DNA of 64,000 nt from Candidatus Uhrbacteria bacterium (GTDB lineage: Bacteria; Patescibacteriota; Patescibacteriia; UBA9934; UBA10169), in the NCBI GenBank assembly GCA_016187485.1, contig JACPJO010000005.1, positions 7,499 to 71,498 on the forward strand. Direction: 5' to 3'. This document shows, in pieces, positions 17,288 through 26,233 of the stretch. The notes under the pieces were generated by a model. That model ran no database searches and had not been told where the DNA came from. It worked only from the letters and a program-made list of their open reading frames with translations. The position numbers and the translations under genes are program-made. How positions within the stretch are numbered: the first letter of the stretch is position 1; each line of letters starts with the position of its first letter.

Positions 17288-18454
17288 TTATTCGAGCGTC
17301 TCGAACGTTTTCTCGCCGGACACGGTGAGGTTGCCGCTTGCGTCCGCGCTTCCCACAACAAAGTGGTACGCCTTATCCGGCTGGAGACCGGTCACTTCCA
17401 CGTTGTGATAGAAGGAGAGCTCGGCTGAACGTTGTGCTGGAGCGCCACTTGTATCCACCGGAGAGGCGAGGCTGGCCCACACGCGGCTGTCGGATGCCTC
17501 GTTCGTTACCCAGATGATATGCGCGGAGGTGGCTGTCTTTGCGCTTACCGCCACGTAGACAATCTCCGGTCCGGTGGTGTCTTCCACGGGGGCCGGTCGT
17601 GTGTGGAATCGGTCTTCGCGCGTGCCAACATTTCCTGTCGCGTCAGCGCTCCCCATCACCACGTAGTATTGCGTGTCGGGCTCAAGCCCGGTCAACTCTA
17701 ATTGGTGAACGAACGCCAGCTCCACTTTCTGTACTGCTGGTGCCGCTTTTATGTCCACTGGGCTTGTTTTACTCACCCACACGCGACTGTCGGATGCCTC
17801 ATTTGTTACCCAGAACAAACGAGCCGATGTTGCCGTCCTTGCGTTGATCGCGGCATAGACGATGTTGGGAGCCGTCACATCTTTTACAGGCTCGCTCACC
17901 TTTGTGTGGAATGTCATGTTCTCTGTGTTGGATACATTGCCTGCGCGATCACGCGCTCCCACAAAGAACGAATAGGTGGTGTCAGGTGCCAGATTCGTGA
18001 GTTCTACCTGATGGCTCATGGACCATCCGTCGGCGGTCTTTACACGTATTGGGGATGTTGGATCGTTCGCCGCGCGGTAACTTACTGACCCGCGTGACAG
18101 TTCGTTTGTCTGCCAGCGAATGACGGCTGTCGAAACGTCGGCCTCGGCGACAACGTTGCTTATAACAGGCGCTGTCTTATCCTCCCGTTTCTCTCGATCG
18201 TCATCGTCGTCATTCAAACGATGCAGTATTTTTGCAATACCCGGCGGCAAACCTTTACCGTTTTCGAGCCGCTTCTGCACGCCTCGCGGAAGGACACCAT
18301 CCCTGAAGGGGACATCCCCATTCGCCTCCGCCCGTATCTCTACGGAAGCTTTGACCTCATCCTTCTCCCTCGTCTGGTCGTCACCGTGCGCAAACCCGCT
18401 TGTGGGGGGGAGAAGGAGTGCTGCGGCCAGAATACTTAGATAGATGTTTTTCAT
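17288..18454 (-). CDS. Secreted protein with three fibronectin type III-like repeats
   Basis: Signal peptide, LPPGIAK motif, 3x D.TAP.I...A.I.W.TNE.S...H.VELT.L.PDT.Y...D..GN. Confidence 0.88.
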   Translation of the reverse strand: MKNIYLSILAAALLLPPTSGFAHGDDQTREKDEVKASVEIRAEANGDVPFRDGVLPRGVQKRLENGKGLPPGIAKILHRLNDDDDDREKREDKTAPVISNVVAEADVSTAVIRWQTNELSRGSVSYRAANDPTSPIRVKTADGWSMSHQVELTNLAPDTTYSFFVGARDRAGNVSNTENMTFHTKVSEPVKDVTAPNIVYAAINARTATSARLFWVTNEASDSRVWVSKTSPVDIKAAPAVQKVELAFVHQLELTGLEPDTQYYVVMGSADATGNVGTREDRFHTRPAPVEDTTGPEIVYVAVSAKTATSAHIIWVTNEASDSRVWASLASPVDTSGAPAQRSAELSFYHNVEVTGLQPDKAYHFVVGSADASGNLTVSGEKTFETLE

Positions 18455-18530
18455 AGGGCAAATGAAACACTAGGGAATTAGTTCGACCTTTCCCTATACG
18501 ACGCCCTATGCGGAATTTTCTTACGCCCCC

Positions 18531-20033
18531 TTACAACCGATTAATAGCCTTTTTGAAGATTTCGGCGAGAGCGTGGATTTCCTCTATTGTTTCTGTTCCC
18601 GGACTTATGCGGATGAACGGGTTTGTGTCTTGTTCTGCGTGGAGAGCGGTCAAGTACACGCGTGTCGTGTTGAACCCAAAACTTGTTCCCGCAATGAGTG
18701 GCACATGCGCGCGCTTGGCCTCTTCTATAGCGAGACGAAGGAATTTCTTATACTGCTCAACAGTTTGTTGGCCAGGTTTCCACACGAGAACAAAGAAAGC
18801 TCCCTTGAAGGGCCGTGTTCCCATCCATGCATATGCAGGGTGTGCGGGGAGTCCAGGATATACAACGTGCGAGAGGGGGGAGTTCGTCTGTGTCTCGAGA
18901 TGCTTATCAAGAGTGTGCGCCAGCATCTCTGCATTGCGGCTGATACGCCCTAGTCGTTTTACGAGGAGTCCCTTGTTTGGCTCCGCAAGCGCTCGCGCCG
19001 AGGCGTCGGGGAGATTTGTGCCGAGGTGGACGCGCGCGGAAAAAAGTCCAGATACGTATGGCCCCACGCTCCAGATGATGCCGCCGGTAACGCGATCAAA
19101 ACCGAATTGATAAAACTTGTTGAGGCTTTCCACGACGATCAAGCGGAGGTTTGTGAAGAGAACCGGGAAGTCTTGCAATGGTTGATACATCACGCCCGCC
19201 GCGCTGTTGTCGAGCACGATAAAAGTTGGACGTTTGACAGCCTTTGCTAAGCGAGGGATGAGGGCAGAAAAGTCTGGCGCGGCAACGCGTTCGGTGTTGC
19301 AAATCGTGTCCAGGAAAATGGCTGCCGGAGCGTGCTCTTCGACGGCTCTTAGGACGGCATCCGTGTCCATCTCGTCCACAAAGTGCATAAGGCCGCTGAA
19401 CGTCTTTCGGAGAATACCTTTATTTTCAAAATAGCTTTCCCGCCCCACAAGTACGGGAGAGGTTATGGCGCCTGTCTGCACGAGGTAATTTACTACGGTG
19501 GTAAAAGCCGCCATTCCGCTTGAGGTCGCGTAGGCATGCGGCGTGAGGTGGAGCGGGGCTTCGATATACTCCTTCACGAACCGCTCCTCATAACCGGCTG
19601 CGTCAAGATTTTGATCGCGCTTGTAGTCGTTGATCGTGCCGGTGATTTTCCCCGTTTGCATTCCTGCCTCGGAGAAGAGCGCGTGCATGAACGAAGGGGA
19701 TTGCCAATCGGCGGAGCACAAAAGAGCGCCCCGCAAACCCGCCAACGCACGAAGCTCGTGCATCGTACGGCATTTTTTCTGTATCAACGAGGAAGTATCC
19801 TGCCCATCGTGTTTTCTCCGAAGTTCACGCCGAAGGCCACTCTCAATTTCCTGGTAACGTTTTTCGTACCCCTTACCGGTTTCAAAGAGCAGAGGCCGTA
19901 TGTGATCCTGCACAAACTCCGGATGCCGGCGAAGGTCTTTCAAAAACTTCTCCAGCGACTGTTTGCCGGAGCGGGCCAAAAAGAGTAACTCCTCGAAATC
20001 TTGGGCCAGGTCGACGCGAGTTTCCGCTATCAT
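18531..20033 (-). CDS. PLP-dependent enzyme, Cys/Met metabolism (trans-sulfuration) family
   Basis: SSGMAA, VLDNS, VESLNK (Schiff-base Lys), VVYPGLP.HP, IRISPG.E. Confidence 0.85.
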   Translation of the reverse strand: MIAETRVDLAQDFEELLFLARSGKQSLEKFLKDLRRHPEFVQDHIRPLLFETGKGYEKRYQEIESGLRRELRRKHDGQDTSSLIQKKCRTMHELRALAGLRGALLCSADWQSPSFMHALFSEAGMQTGKITGTINDYKRDQNLDAAGYEERFVKEYIEAPLHLTPHAYATSSGMAAFTTVVNYLVQTGAITSPVLVGRESYFENKGILRKTFSGLMHFVDEMDTDAVLRAVEEHAPAAIFLDTICNTERVAAPDFSALIPRLAKAVKRPTFIVLDNSAAGVMYQPLQDFPVLFTNLRLIVVESLNKFYQFGFDRVTGGIIWSVGPYVSGLFSARVHLGTNLPDASARALAEPNKGLLVKRLGRISRNAEMLAHTLDKHLETQTNSPLSHVVYPGLPAHPAYAWMGTRPFKGAFFVLVWKPGQQTVEQYKKFLRLAIEEAKRAHVPLIAGTSFGFNTTRVYLTALHAEQDTNPFIRISPGTETIEEIHALAEIFKKAINRL

Positions 20034-20073
20034 AAGGGTTCCGTGATTGTACACCATCTGTTATGATTCCCTC

Positions 20074-20961
20074 ATGTTTTTAGACCTATTTCAAAAAAAT
20101 CCCCGTGTTTTCACTCTCGCGGGAAAGCCAGGCGGAAAGACGCTTCTTGTGACGGCGGGAATGGATGGAGATGAGTATGCGGGGATGGAAGCTGCACGCC
20201 GTCTCGTGCAGGAATTTTACTCGGGAGGTTTTTCCGGCCGTCTCGTTGTTATCCCTATCATGAATAGGGCAGGATTCTGGGCCGAGTGCAGCCACAATCC
20301 AGAGGATGACAAGTTTCCGAAGTTCATGTTTCCGGGCCGGGCAAACGGCACACCAACCGAGCGGCTCATCCATTGGCTTGTAGATGGTCCCCTCAAGCAG
20401 GCGGACGTGTGGTATGACATGCACGGCGCGGCGCTTACCGAGGGGCTTCGGCCGTTCGTGTGGCTCCATCGTACGGGAGAGCGGGATGTCGATGTGCTGG
20501 CGCAACAGTTTATCCGGCACGTGAGGGCGGAGGTAGTGATGTTTGAGGAAACGGTGTGGCCATGCAAAGCGAAGACGCTGGCGCGGCAGGGCAAGATGTA
20601 TGTCGTGGCGGAGTCAGGGAGTCGCACAAGCAATGGAGAGGACGACGTGGCGCGCCATCTTGATTGGGCGCACACGATGATGGGGACGCTTGGGATGATC
20701 GAAGCACCATCGGCAGAAAAGACAGAGAAGGTCGTGTTACGCTCCTGCGTCATGTATCACGCTCCTTGTGACGGAAGATGGCTTCCCCGACAGGGGGTGA
20801 CACACGTTTCTCGCGGAAGTATTCTTGGACATCATTCCCCTCTGGACGGATCTCGCACCTCTCCCGTGTGTGCACTCTCTGATGGCGTACCTCTGTGGTG
20901 GAAAGAGACGCCGGCGATGCGCAAAGGCGATATCCTCTTTGCTATAGGGAAAAGTGCTTGA
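20074..20961 (+). CDS. Succinylglutamate desuccinylase/aspartoacylase-like (M14) hydrolase
   Basis: AGMDGDEYAG, FPG...GT.TER, DMH, VAESG, C-terminal biotinyl/lipoyl-like barrel. Confidence 0.8.
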   Translation: MFLDLFQKNPRVFTLAGKPGGKTLLVTAGMDGDEYAGMEAARRLVQEFYSGGFSGRLVVIPIMNRAGFWAECSHNPEDDKFPKFMFPGRANGTPTERLIHWLVDGPLKQADVWYDMHGAALTEGLRPFVWLHRTGERDVDVLAQQFIRHVRAEVVMFEETVWPCKAKTLARQGKMYVVAESGSRTSNGEDDVARHLDWAHTMMGTLGMIEAPSAEKTEKVVLRSCVMYHAPCDGRWLPRQGVTHVSRGSILGHHSPLDGSRTSPVCALSDGVPLWWKETPAMRKGDILFAIGKSA

Positions 20962-20983
20962 AGATGGGTTATACTATTTTTCT

Positions 20984-21178
20984 ATGACACACAGAATGTT
21001 TTTTCACGTGAGCGAAGCGGTCTTTGCGCTCGTGGCGCTTCTGCACCTTTTGCGGCTTGTGTATGGTTGGAGCGCGCAGATTGGTGGGTGGCAAGTGCCA
21101 ATGTGGGCAAGCGTTGTGGCCCTTGTGGCCGCAGGCTTCTTAGCGCTCTCTGCCCGCAATCTTGGACGGAGGCCATAG
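20984..21178 (+). CDS. Small 2-TM membrane protein
   Basis: FALVALLHLLRL..GW...IGGW.VP.W.S. Confidence 0.75.
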   Translation: MTHRMFFHVSEAVFALVALLHLLRLVYGWSAQIGGWQVPMWASVVALVAAGFLALSARNLGRRP

Positions 21179-21258
21179 GGTTGCAGGGAAAGAGGGAGAA
21201 AGGTAGGATCACTCGGGGCGGGAGACCCACCACACAAGGAGACAGAACGGGGGCATTT

Positions 21259-21648
21259 ATGCGACGATTGCGTTCGCCCGATGCCTACGCCACGGTGTGG
21301 GCTATCTTGGAACGGCGCGGGTTCTGCGTGCCGAAGCAACCGGCGCCCAAGAGCCGCGTCTTCGGGGACGTTGGGCTTGATGGCTACGACTTCATGCTCA
21401 TTGTGAGCGAGGTCGAAAGCACGCTTGGCATCCACGTGGACACGGATTGGCTTCTTGACCGTCCGCCCCGCGTGGAGGTTGCCGCGTACCTCAAGCGGCT
21501 GCACTTGGAGAACGTGGCCATCAACGGCTACGATGCTTCCAACCCGAAGGCTCTGCGGAATCTTGTGATGGGGCATATGACGCTCGCAAGCTTCGTGGCA
21601 ACCATCCGGGACGCCGTGGAGCGACCCGCCGTGATTCACATTAAGTGA
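21259..21648 (+). CDS. Acyl-carrier-protein-like orphan lacking the pantetheinylated Ser
   Basis: SRVFGDVGLDGYDFMLIVSEVESTLGIHV parallels ACP DLGLDSLD..E....E..FGI; own promoter-like sequence and terminator. Confidence 0.55.
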   Translation: MRRLRSPDAYATVWAILERRGFCVPKQPAPKSRVFGDVGLDGYDFMLIVSEVESTLGIHVDTDWLLDRPPRVEVAAYLKRLHLENVAINGYDASNPKALRNLVMGHMTLASFVATIRDAVERPAVIHIK

Positions 21649-21656
21649 TCTTCTTC

Positions 21657-21690
21657 GCTCCGCGCTCCCTCGGAGCGTTTCTCTTTTTTA
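21657..21690 (+). terminator. Intrinsic terminator
   Basis: CGCTCCG/CGGAGCG stem followed by TTTCTCTTTTTT. Confidence 0.7.
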
Positions 21691-21708
21691 TGGGCGGGAG
21701 CTATACTT

Positions 21709-22626
21709 TTGGCGTATGCGCACACGTTTTGCCTTTGTCCTCTGTCTTATCCTCCTGCTTGTTGTGCTTTACGTTTTTGCAGGGACCCGACTGTGAGCAT
21801 TTGTTACCGATCCAATGCGGATTTTCTCCGGCGAGATATAGGGGAGGGGGGGCGTTTTTATTTTGTGGGAACAGAGGAGGCGCCGGGAGTCCGCGCGGCT
21901 TTTGGTCCCATTGTGCGTGAGGAGTACGAGGGAGATAACGAACCAATGATCGAGGAAGGTCCATTTCGTCCTATTTCATGGAGGACGCATATGCATGCGA
22001 GGGTTCCTGCCGGGTGGCGAAAAGGGCGCATCGCTCCCATTATCCGCCGGCACGGTTTTGTGGATGTGCAAGAAGTGGGAGACTGCCGTGACCGATATTG
22101 GAGTGCGCAGGCGAAGCGCCATGAGCGAGCGTGGATGAAAGAGCAGAGGGAATGGCAGATGGTCGAGCCGACCCTTGAAGAGTTTATTGCCGGCATGCGT
22201 GCGACGGATAAAGATATACTTTTCAAAGCGATGTTTATTGATTCGCTTCGGCGGATCGCACGTGGACATGGGGGTTTGCTTCACCTTCGGGCGCTCCGGC
22301 GCGCAGACGGGCCCCTTGAGGTTGGGCTTGCGACGGTGGATGTTCCCGAATGCCGCCTCTCCTTCCACCACATTGCCTTCACGCTTCCAAGCGCACGCGC
22401 ATCTTCAGCGGGCACCGGGCTTATTATGGAGTGGTTTGACCGCGCAATGGCCCAGAAACTCCACGCTCTTCACTTCGGTGTTTTCTGGGCGCCTGGTTCG
22501 CCAAAAGATTGGAAAGGATTTTCTCGATTCAAGGCACAGTTCGGTGTGCAGATGATGGATTTACCGCATCCACTCGTGCGTTGGGCGGGGCGCATGCGAG
22601 AAAACATTCAACGTTTGTATGTCTGA
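21709..22626 (+). CDS. FemABX/GNAT-like acyltransferase 1 (start uncertain, possibly GTG 21793)
   Basis: WSAQAKRH, ..GL..EW......LHF.......WKGFSRFKAQFG. Confidence 0.7.
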   Translation: MAYAHTFCLCPLSYPPACCALRFCRDPTVSICYRSNADFLRRDIGEGGRFYFVGTEEAPGVRAAFGPIVREEYEGDNEPMIEEGPFRPISWRTHMHARVPAGWRKGRIAPIIRRHGFVDVQEVGDCRDRYWSAQAKRHERAWMKEQREWQMVEPTLEEFIAGMRATDKDILFKAMFIDSLRRIARGHGGLLHLRALRRADGPLEVGLATVDVPECRLSFHHIAFTLPSARASSAGTGLIMEWFDRAMAQKLHALHFGVFWAPGSPKDWKGFSRFKAQFGVQMMDLPHPLVRWAGRMRENIQRLYV

Positions 22627-23488
22627 CCACCTATGGTACGAGGGGGAGTTGGGAAAAACTATTTGTGTGGGGGCGGCGCTTCCAGATGGTTATAGGCGAT
22701 ATACACAGAGCGAGGCATACATACGGCGGGAGTGTACCGCGAAAAAGCATTATCAATTTGTCGGACGGCCGGGGGCTTATGGAGCTCGGTGGCGGTACGG
22801 GCCTGTGGCATTTGAAAAATATGTCGCGGATGAGGAACCGTACATAGAACGGCGAGGCTGGCCGCGCAAAATCATTTGGCAGAGAATATGTTCCAACGAG
22901 CAGCCAAGCGGGTGGAAGCTATCAGAAACGTGGACAGTTCCTCGACTCACGGGGTTTGTCGAACTTGATTCTGGGGACATGACGAGAACATGGAGCGCGC
23001 ACGCCCGCCGGCATCTCAAAACTTTTCACGCGGCCAGTACCTGGCGTCTTGAGCCGGTCACGTACGCAGAGTTTCTTCATTCGTATCGCAAAACGGATAA
23101 GCCGTACTTCATCAAGCGTCTTTTCACACACGTGCTTCGCGAGAAGATTCAAGCGCACGGCGTGCACGTGCGCCTGTTCGGAGCTCGACTTGACCGTCCA
23201 GGTGCTCCGCTTGAGGCAGGGCTCGGTGTCTTTGATGTTCCAGAGATCGGGCAATCCGTGCACCTCCTTTCGTTCATCCATCCGCGGGCGAAAATGGATT
23301 CCGTCGGTTTTGGCCTCATGGAGCGCTGGTTTTTAGAATCTCTCAACAAATCCATGAAGTTCTTGGACTTCGACACGTTTTGGGCCCCAAAAGATCCTGT
23401 CATGTGGCGCGGGTTTTCAGCCTTTAAGTCCCAGTTCGGGACACGGTTCATCCTCCACCCCCCTGCCCTTACTCGCTGGTCCTTCTAG
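22619..23488 (+). CDS. FemABX/GNAT-like acyltransferase 2
   Basis: WSAHARRH, FLDFD.FWAP....WRGFSAFKSQFG; paralog of the upstream gene. Confidence 0.75.
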   Translation: MSDHLWYEGELGKTICVGAALPDGYRRYTQSEAYIRRECTAKKHYQFVGRPGAYGARWRYGPVAFEKYVADEEPYIERRGWPRKIIWQRICSNEQPSGWKLSETWTVPRLTGFVELDSGDMTRTWSAHARRHLKTFHAASTWRLEPVTYAEFLHSYRKTDKPYFIKRLFTHVLREKIQAHGVHVRLFGARLDRPGAPLEAGLGVFDVPEIGQSVHLLSFIHPRAKMDSVGFGLMERWFLESLNKSMKFLDFDTFWAPKDPVMWRGFSAFKSQFGTRFILHPPALTRWSF

Positions 23489-23500
23489 GGGTCAGACCCC
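23488..23500. repeat. Solo REP-like palindrome GGGGTCAGACCCC
   Basis: Same unit occurs twice in the tatD insertion. Confidence 0.55.
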
Positions 23501-23638
23501 GGCGGGCTTGCAATTTTTAGGGATTTGTGATACTCTCCTTCCAAGTCTGTGACAGTTCCCTTGGCTAGCAAGTGCGTAACTTGAGTTAAGTGCGAGCAGG
23601 AAAGGTCGTGCACGGGCATTATTCAGTGAAATTTTCTT

Positions 23639-23908
23639 ATGGAACAAAACAAGTTGTTCGTGGGAAACCTCCCGTACCAAGCCACCGATGAATCGCTCAA
23701 GGCGCACTTCTCGCAAGCTGGTAACGTGCTTGAGGCCACCATCCTTACGGACCGCGAAACAGGACGTTCTCGCGGATTCGGATTCGTTGTCATGGAAACA
23801 GATGCGGCGGCTCAAAAGGCCATCCAAATGTTTGACCAGCAAGACTTCGATGGACGCCAGCTGCGTGTGAACGTGGCTCGTCCGAAGGAAGAGCGCGCCC
23901 GCTTCTAA
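23639..23908 (+). CDS. RRM RNA-binding protein
   Basis: KLFVGNL (RNP2), RGFGFV (RNP1). Confidence 0.95.
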   Translation: MEQNKLFVGNLPYQATDESLKAHFSQAGNVLEATILTDRETGRSRGFGFVVMETDAAAQKAIQMFDQQDFDGRQLRVNVARPKEERARF

Positions 23909-23920
23909 GCGTGTGCACAC

Positions 23921-23946
23921 AAAAAAGAGGCTTCTGCCTCTTTTTT
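23921..23946. terminator. Bidirectional terminator
   Basis: AAAAAAGAGGC-TTCT-GCCTCTTTTTT between convergent genes. Confidence 0.85.
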
Positions 23947-23949
23947 GTT

Positions 23950-24342
23950 TTATGGCGTAAGAGTTTCTTCTATACTCTCAATCAAAATGACAGGGGAGAG
24001 AGTGATAACGGCTTTTACTCCACGCACGATGTCTCCGCTTGTGAGCGTAACCAGCGCGCTTGTTTGTCCGGGGGCGGGGGCCGAAAGGGCCACCGTGCAT
24101 GTGGCCGCGTTTGTGTAGACGGTTGGATTATTCCATGCGGGGTCTGCAGAGAGTTGTATGAACACCTCATCCAGACATCCAAAAAGCGCGGTGCGTGTTT
24201 CAAGTGCTTGCCGCTGTTCATAAGAGCCCGCGATGCTCTCGATCCCTGTTTGGCTCAAGAGCACGAGGGCGGCAACACTCACCATACCCATGATGAGGAG
24301 CGGGAGAATAAGCACGATGCCTTTGGGGGACTGAGATTTCAT
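23950..24342 (-). CDS. Minor pilin-like protein (PilX-like)
   Basis: PKG|IVLILPLL prepilin-type N-terminus without E5; last gene of pil operon. Confidence 0.7.
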   Translation of the reverse strand: MKSQSPKGIVLILPLLIMGMVSVAALVLLSQTGIESIAGSYEQRQALETRTALFGCLDEVFIQLSADPAWNNPTVYTNAATCTVALSAPAPGQTSALVTLTSGDIVRGVKAVITLSPVILIESIEETLTP

Positions 24343-24893
24343 AAAACAATGAGAGAGGGCGGGAGAGCGATCGCCGTTTGAGAATCGAACGAGGCACTGC
24401 GCGTTGTCGCGTTAGGTGCCAACATGAAGGCCTCCAGGTAAATATTTACGCCACGAAGAACAGCAAGCGAGTCGTATACGGGATCAAATCGAAATTTTGT
24501 CACGTTAATCGTGTTGGCGCTTACCCACACAGAAGGAGCTGCATCTATCTGAATTTGCAGTCGGTTGATCGCGTGTGTACTTCCGCCAAACGTGACGGTT
24601 GTCGACGCCAAGCGTATGGTGACCGTCTCTAGCGCGGGGTTTTGGTACACGAGTACTCCGTTGTCGTTCCCGAATGTTGACGATGTGGCCAACAGCGTCG
24701 GCGCTTCCGTCAACTGGGTGTGAAGATGCGAGAGTATGAGAGCCGCGGTCTGCTCCATAGTGGCGCGCGAGCGGTACGCCTCTGCCGCGTGGGTGATCGT
24801 TAAAAAAACTTTTACACCCGCCGGCACGATGATCATGAATGCGGCAATGTAGAGCACGACTTCAAGCAGAGTGAGACCTTTGGGAGCACGCAT
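24339..24893 (-). CDS. Minor pilin (PilW-like)
   Basis: KG|LTLLEVVLY prepilin motif. Confidence 0.85.
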   Translation of the reverse strand: MRAPKGLTLLEVVLYIAAFMIIVPAGVKVFLTITHAAEAYRSRATMEQTAALILSHLHTQLTEAPTLLATSSTFGNDNGVLVYQNPALETVTIRLASTTVTFGGSTHAINRLQIQIDAAPSVWVSANTINVTKFRFDPVYDSLAVLRGVNIYLEAFMLAPNATTRSASFDSQTAIALPPSLIVL

Positions 24894-24894
24894 A

Positions 24895-25797
24895 TTAATC
24901 TGGGATAAACGGATCGCTTGTGAGCGTGGACCCATCACCAAAGACAAGCGTAAGTGTTACTACCGTTCCCTCCATGTTATCGGCAAACTGTGCTTTATTC
25001 ATTTCATCCCTATCGCTTGGGGAAAGCGTGTAGTCGGCAATATTGAGGGTCGTTCCTGTCAGTTGCGGCCCAGGTGGCGTTCCCGGCCCCGTGTCTGACC
25101 AAACTTTCACCGATTCGATAAATACTTGACTTATGGTGCTTGCGTTTGTCCATGTGAAGATTATTTTATCAATGACGACGTCTGCGCCTCCGGTATTTTC
25201 GATCTCGATTTCACGCAACTGCTTTCCTCCAAACCACTCCGCCTCACTCACATCCAAAATGACCGAGCTTGATTGTTCATTGAGAAAACAGGGGTTTGTC
25301 GGCGTTTGATAGCGCGTGCGAATGGCAGAGTGAGAGACTGTCTGTACGCGTCCAGCGGTGTCGGTCCAGTTGGTCGTTGCCTCGACATCCTTGCTGTCCG
25401 GATCCACCGTCCCGCCAGTGGGAACCACTAAACAGTTGCTATCGCGCTCAACTTCGGTGACGCTCACGCTTCGAGAAAATCCCCCGGGGAGACTCTCTGG
25501 TCCGCCCGCGGCGACACTCCACGAAGTGCCATTCCACACAACGATGCCGGGGTTGGTGATGGGGAGATCATCAAACCGAATCGTCTTCATAGCCTCGATT
25601 CCCTCCATTGTTCTCCACAGCGCTTCTTGTGCAATGAGGGCCGACCCGGTTTCTTGGTTGACTGTTACGGCAAGTCCGGCGGCTGCCCCAAAAAAAGTGA
25701 TGAGTATCGCTGCCGCAAGGACAGCTTCGAGGAGGATGGACCCACGTTCATTGTACTGCCATGCCGGTTTCGGAAATAGAAATGACATACGTCGCAT
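24895..25797 (-). CDS. Minor pilin (PilV-like) with extra C-terminal domain
   Basis: RG|SILLEAVLA prepilin-like motif. Confidence 0.8.
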   Translation of the reverse strand: MRRMSFLFPKPAWQYNERGSILLEAVLAAAILITFFGAAAGLAVTVNQETGSALIAQEALWRTMEGIEAMKTIRFDDLPITNPGIVVWNGTSWSVAAGGPESLPGGFSRSVSVTEVERDSNCLVVPTGGTVDPDSKDVEATTNWTDTAGRVQTVSHSAIRTRYQTPTNPCFLNEQSSSVILDVSEAEWFGGKQLREIEIENTGGADVVIDKIIFTWTNASTISQVFIESVKVWSDTGPGTPPGPQLTGTTLNIADYTLSPSDRDEMNKAQFADNMEGTVVTLTLVFGDGSTLTSDPFIPD

Positions 25798-26233
25798 CTT
25801 TATAGTCTATCGCAATGGAGCCATATTGACTTGTTTCTCCGTCAAACAGTCCGAAGGCAATTTCATGATCATTCCCGCTAGAAGGGCCTCCGCCGCTCAG
25901 GGTGACGGAGGAGAAGTGTGCATCTTTCTCGAAAGGCGACACAATATCTTTTGTTGTGTCGCGTAGGGCATAGCTTGTTCCGGCGAAGAGCACCACCTCT
26001 GTTGCCGATCGTGTCACTTCGTTGTAGGGGAGATACACACCCCACGGAAGGCCACTCATGCCGTCTCGCGCACGGCGAGCGGAAGTGCGCAACAAACTTT
26101 CCACGCGCAGAGCTGGCTCATCGCTGTCCGTAGCAAACAGGGAAGGAAGCGCCGCTGTTGCGGCAGTGACCAGGAGCGCAAACAGACCGATGACGAGAAT
26201 AAGTTCCAACAGCGTGAAGCCCCGGCGCATCAT
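25748..26233 (-). CDS. Minor pilin (FimT/GspH-like)
   Basis: RRG|FTLLELILV. Confidence 0.88.
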   Translation of the reverse strand: MMRRGFTLLELILVIGLFALLVTAATAALPSLFATDSDEPALRVESLLRTSARRARDGMSGLPWGVYLPYNEVTRSATEVVLFAGTSYALRDTTKDIVSPFEKDAHFSSVTLSGGGPSSGNDHEIAFGLFDGETSQYGSIAIDYKDATYVISISETGMAVQ

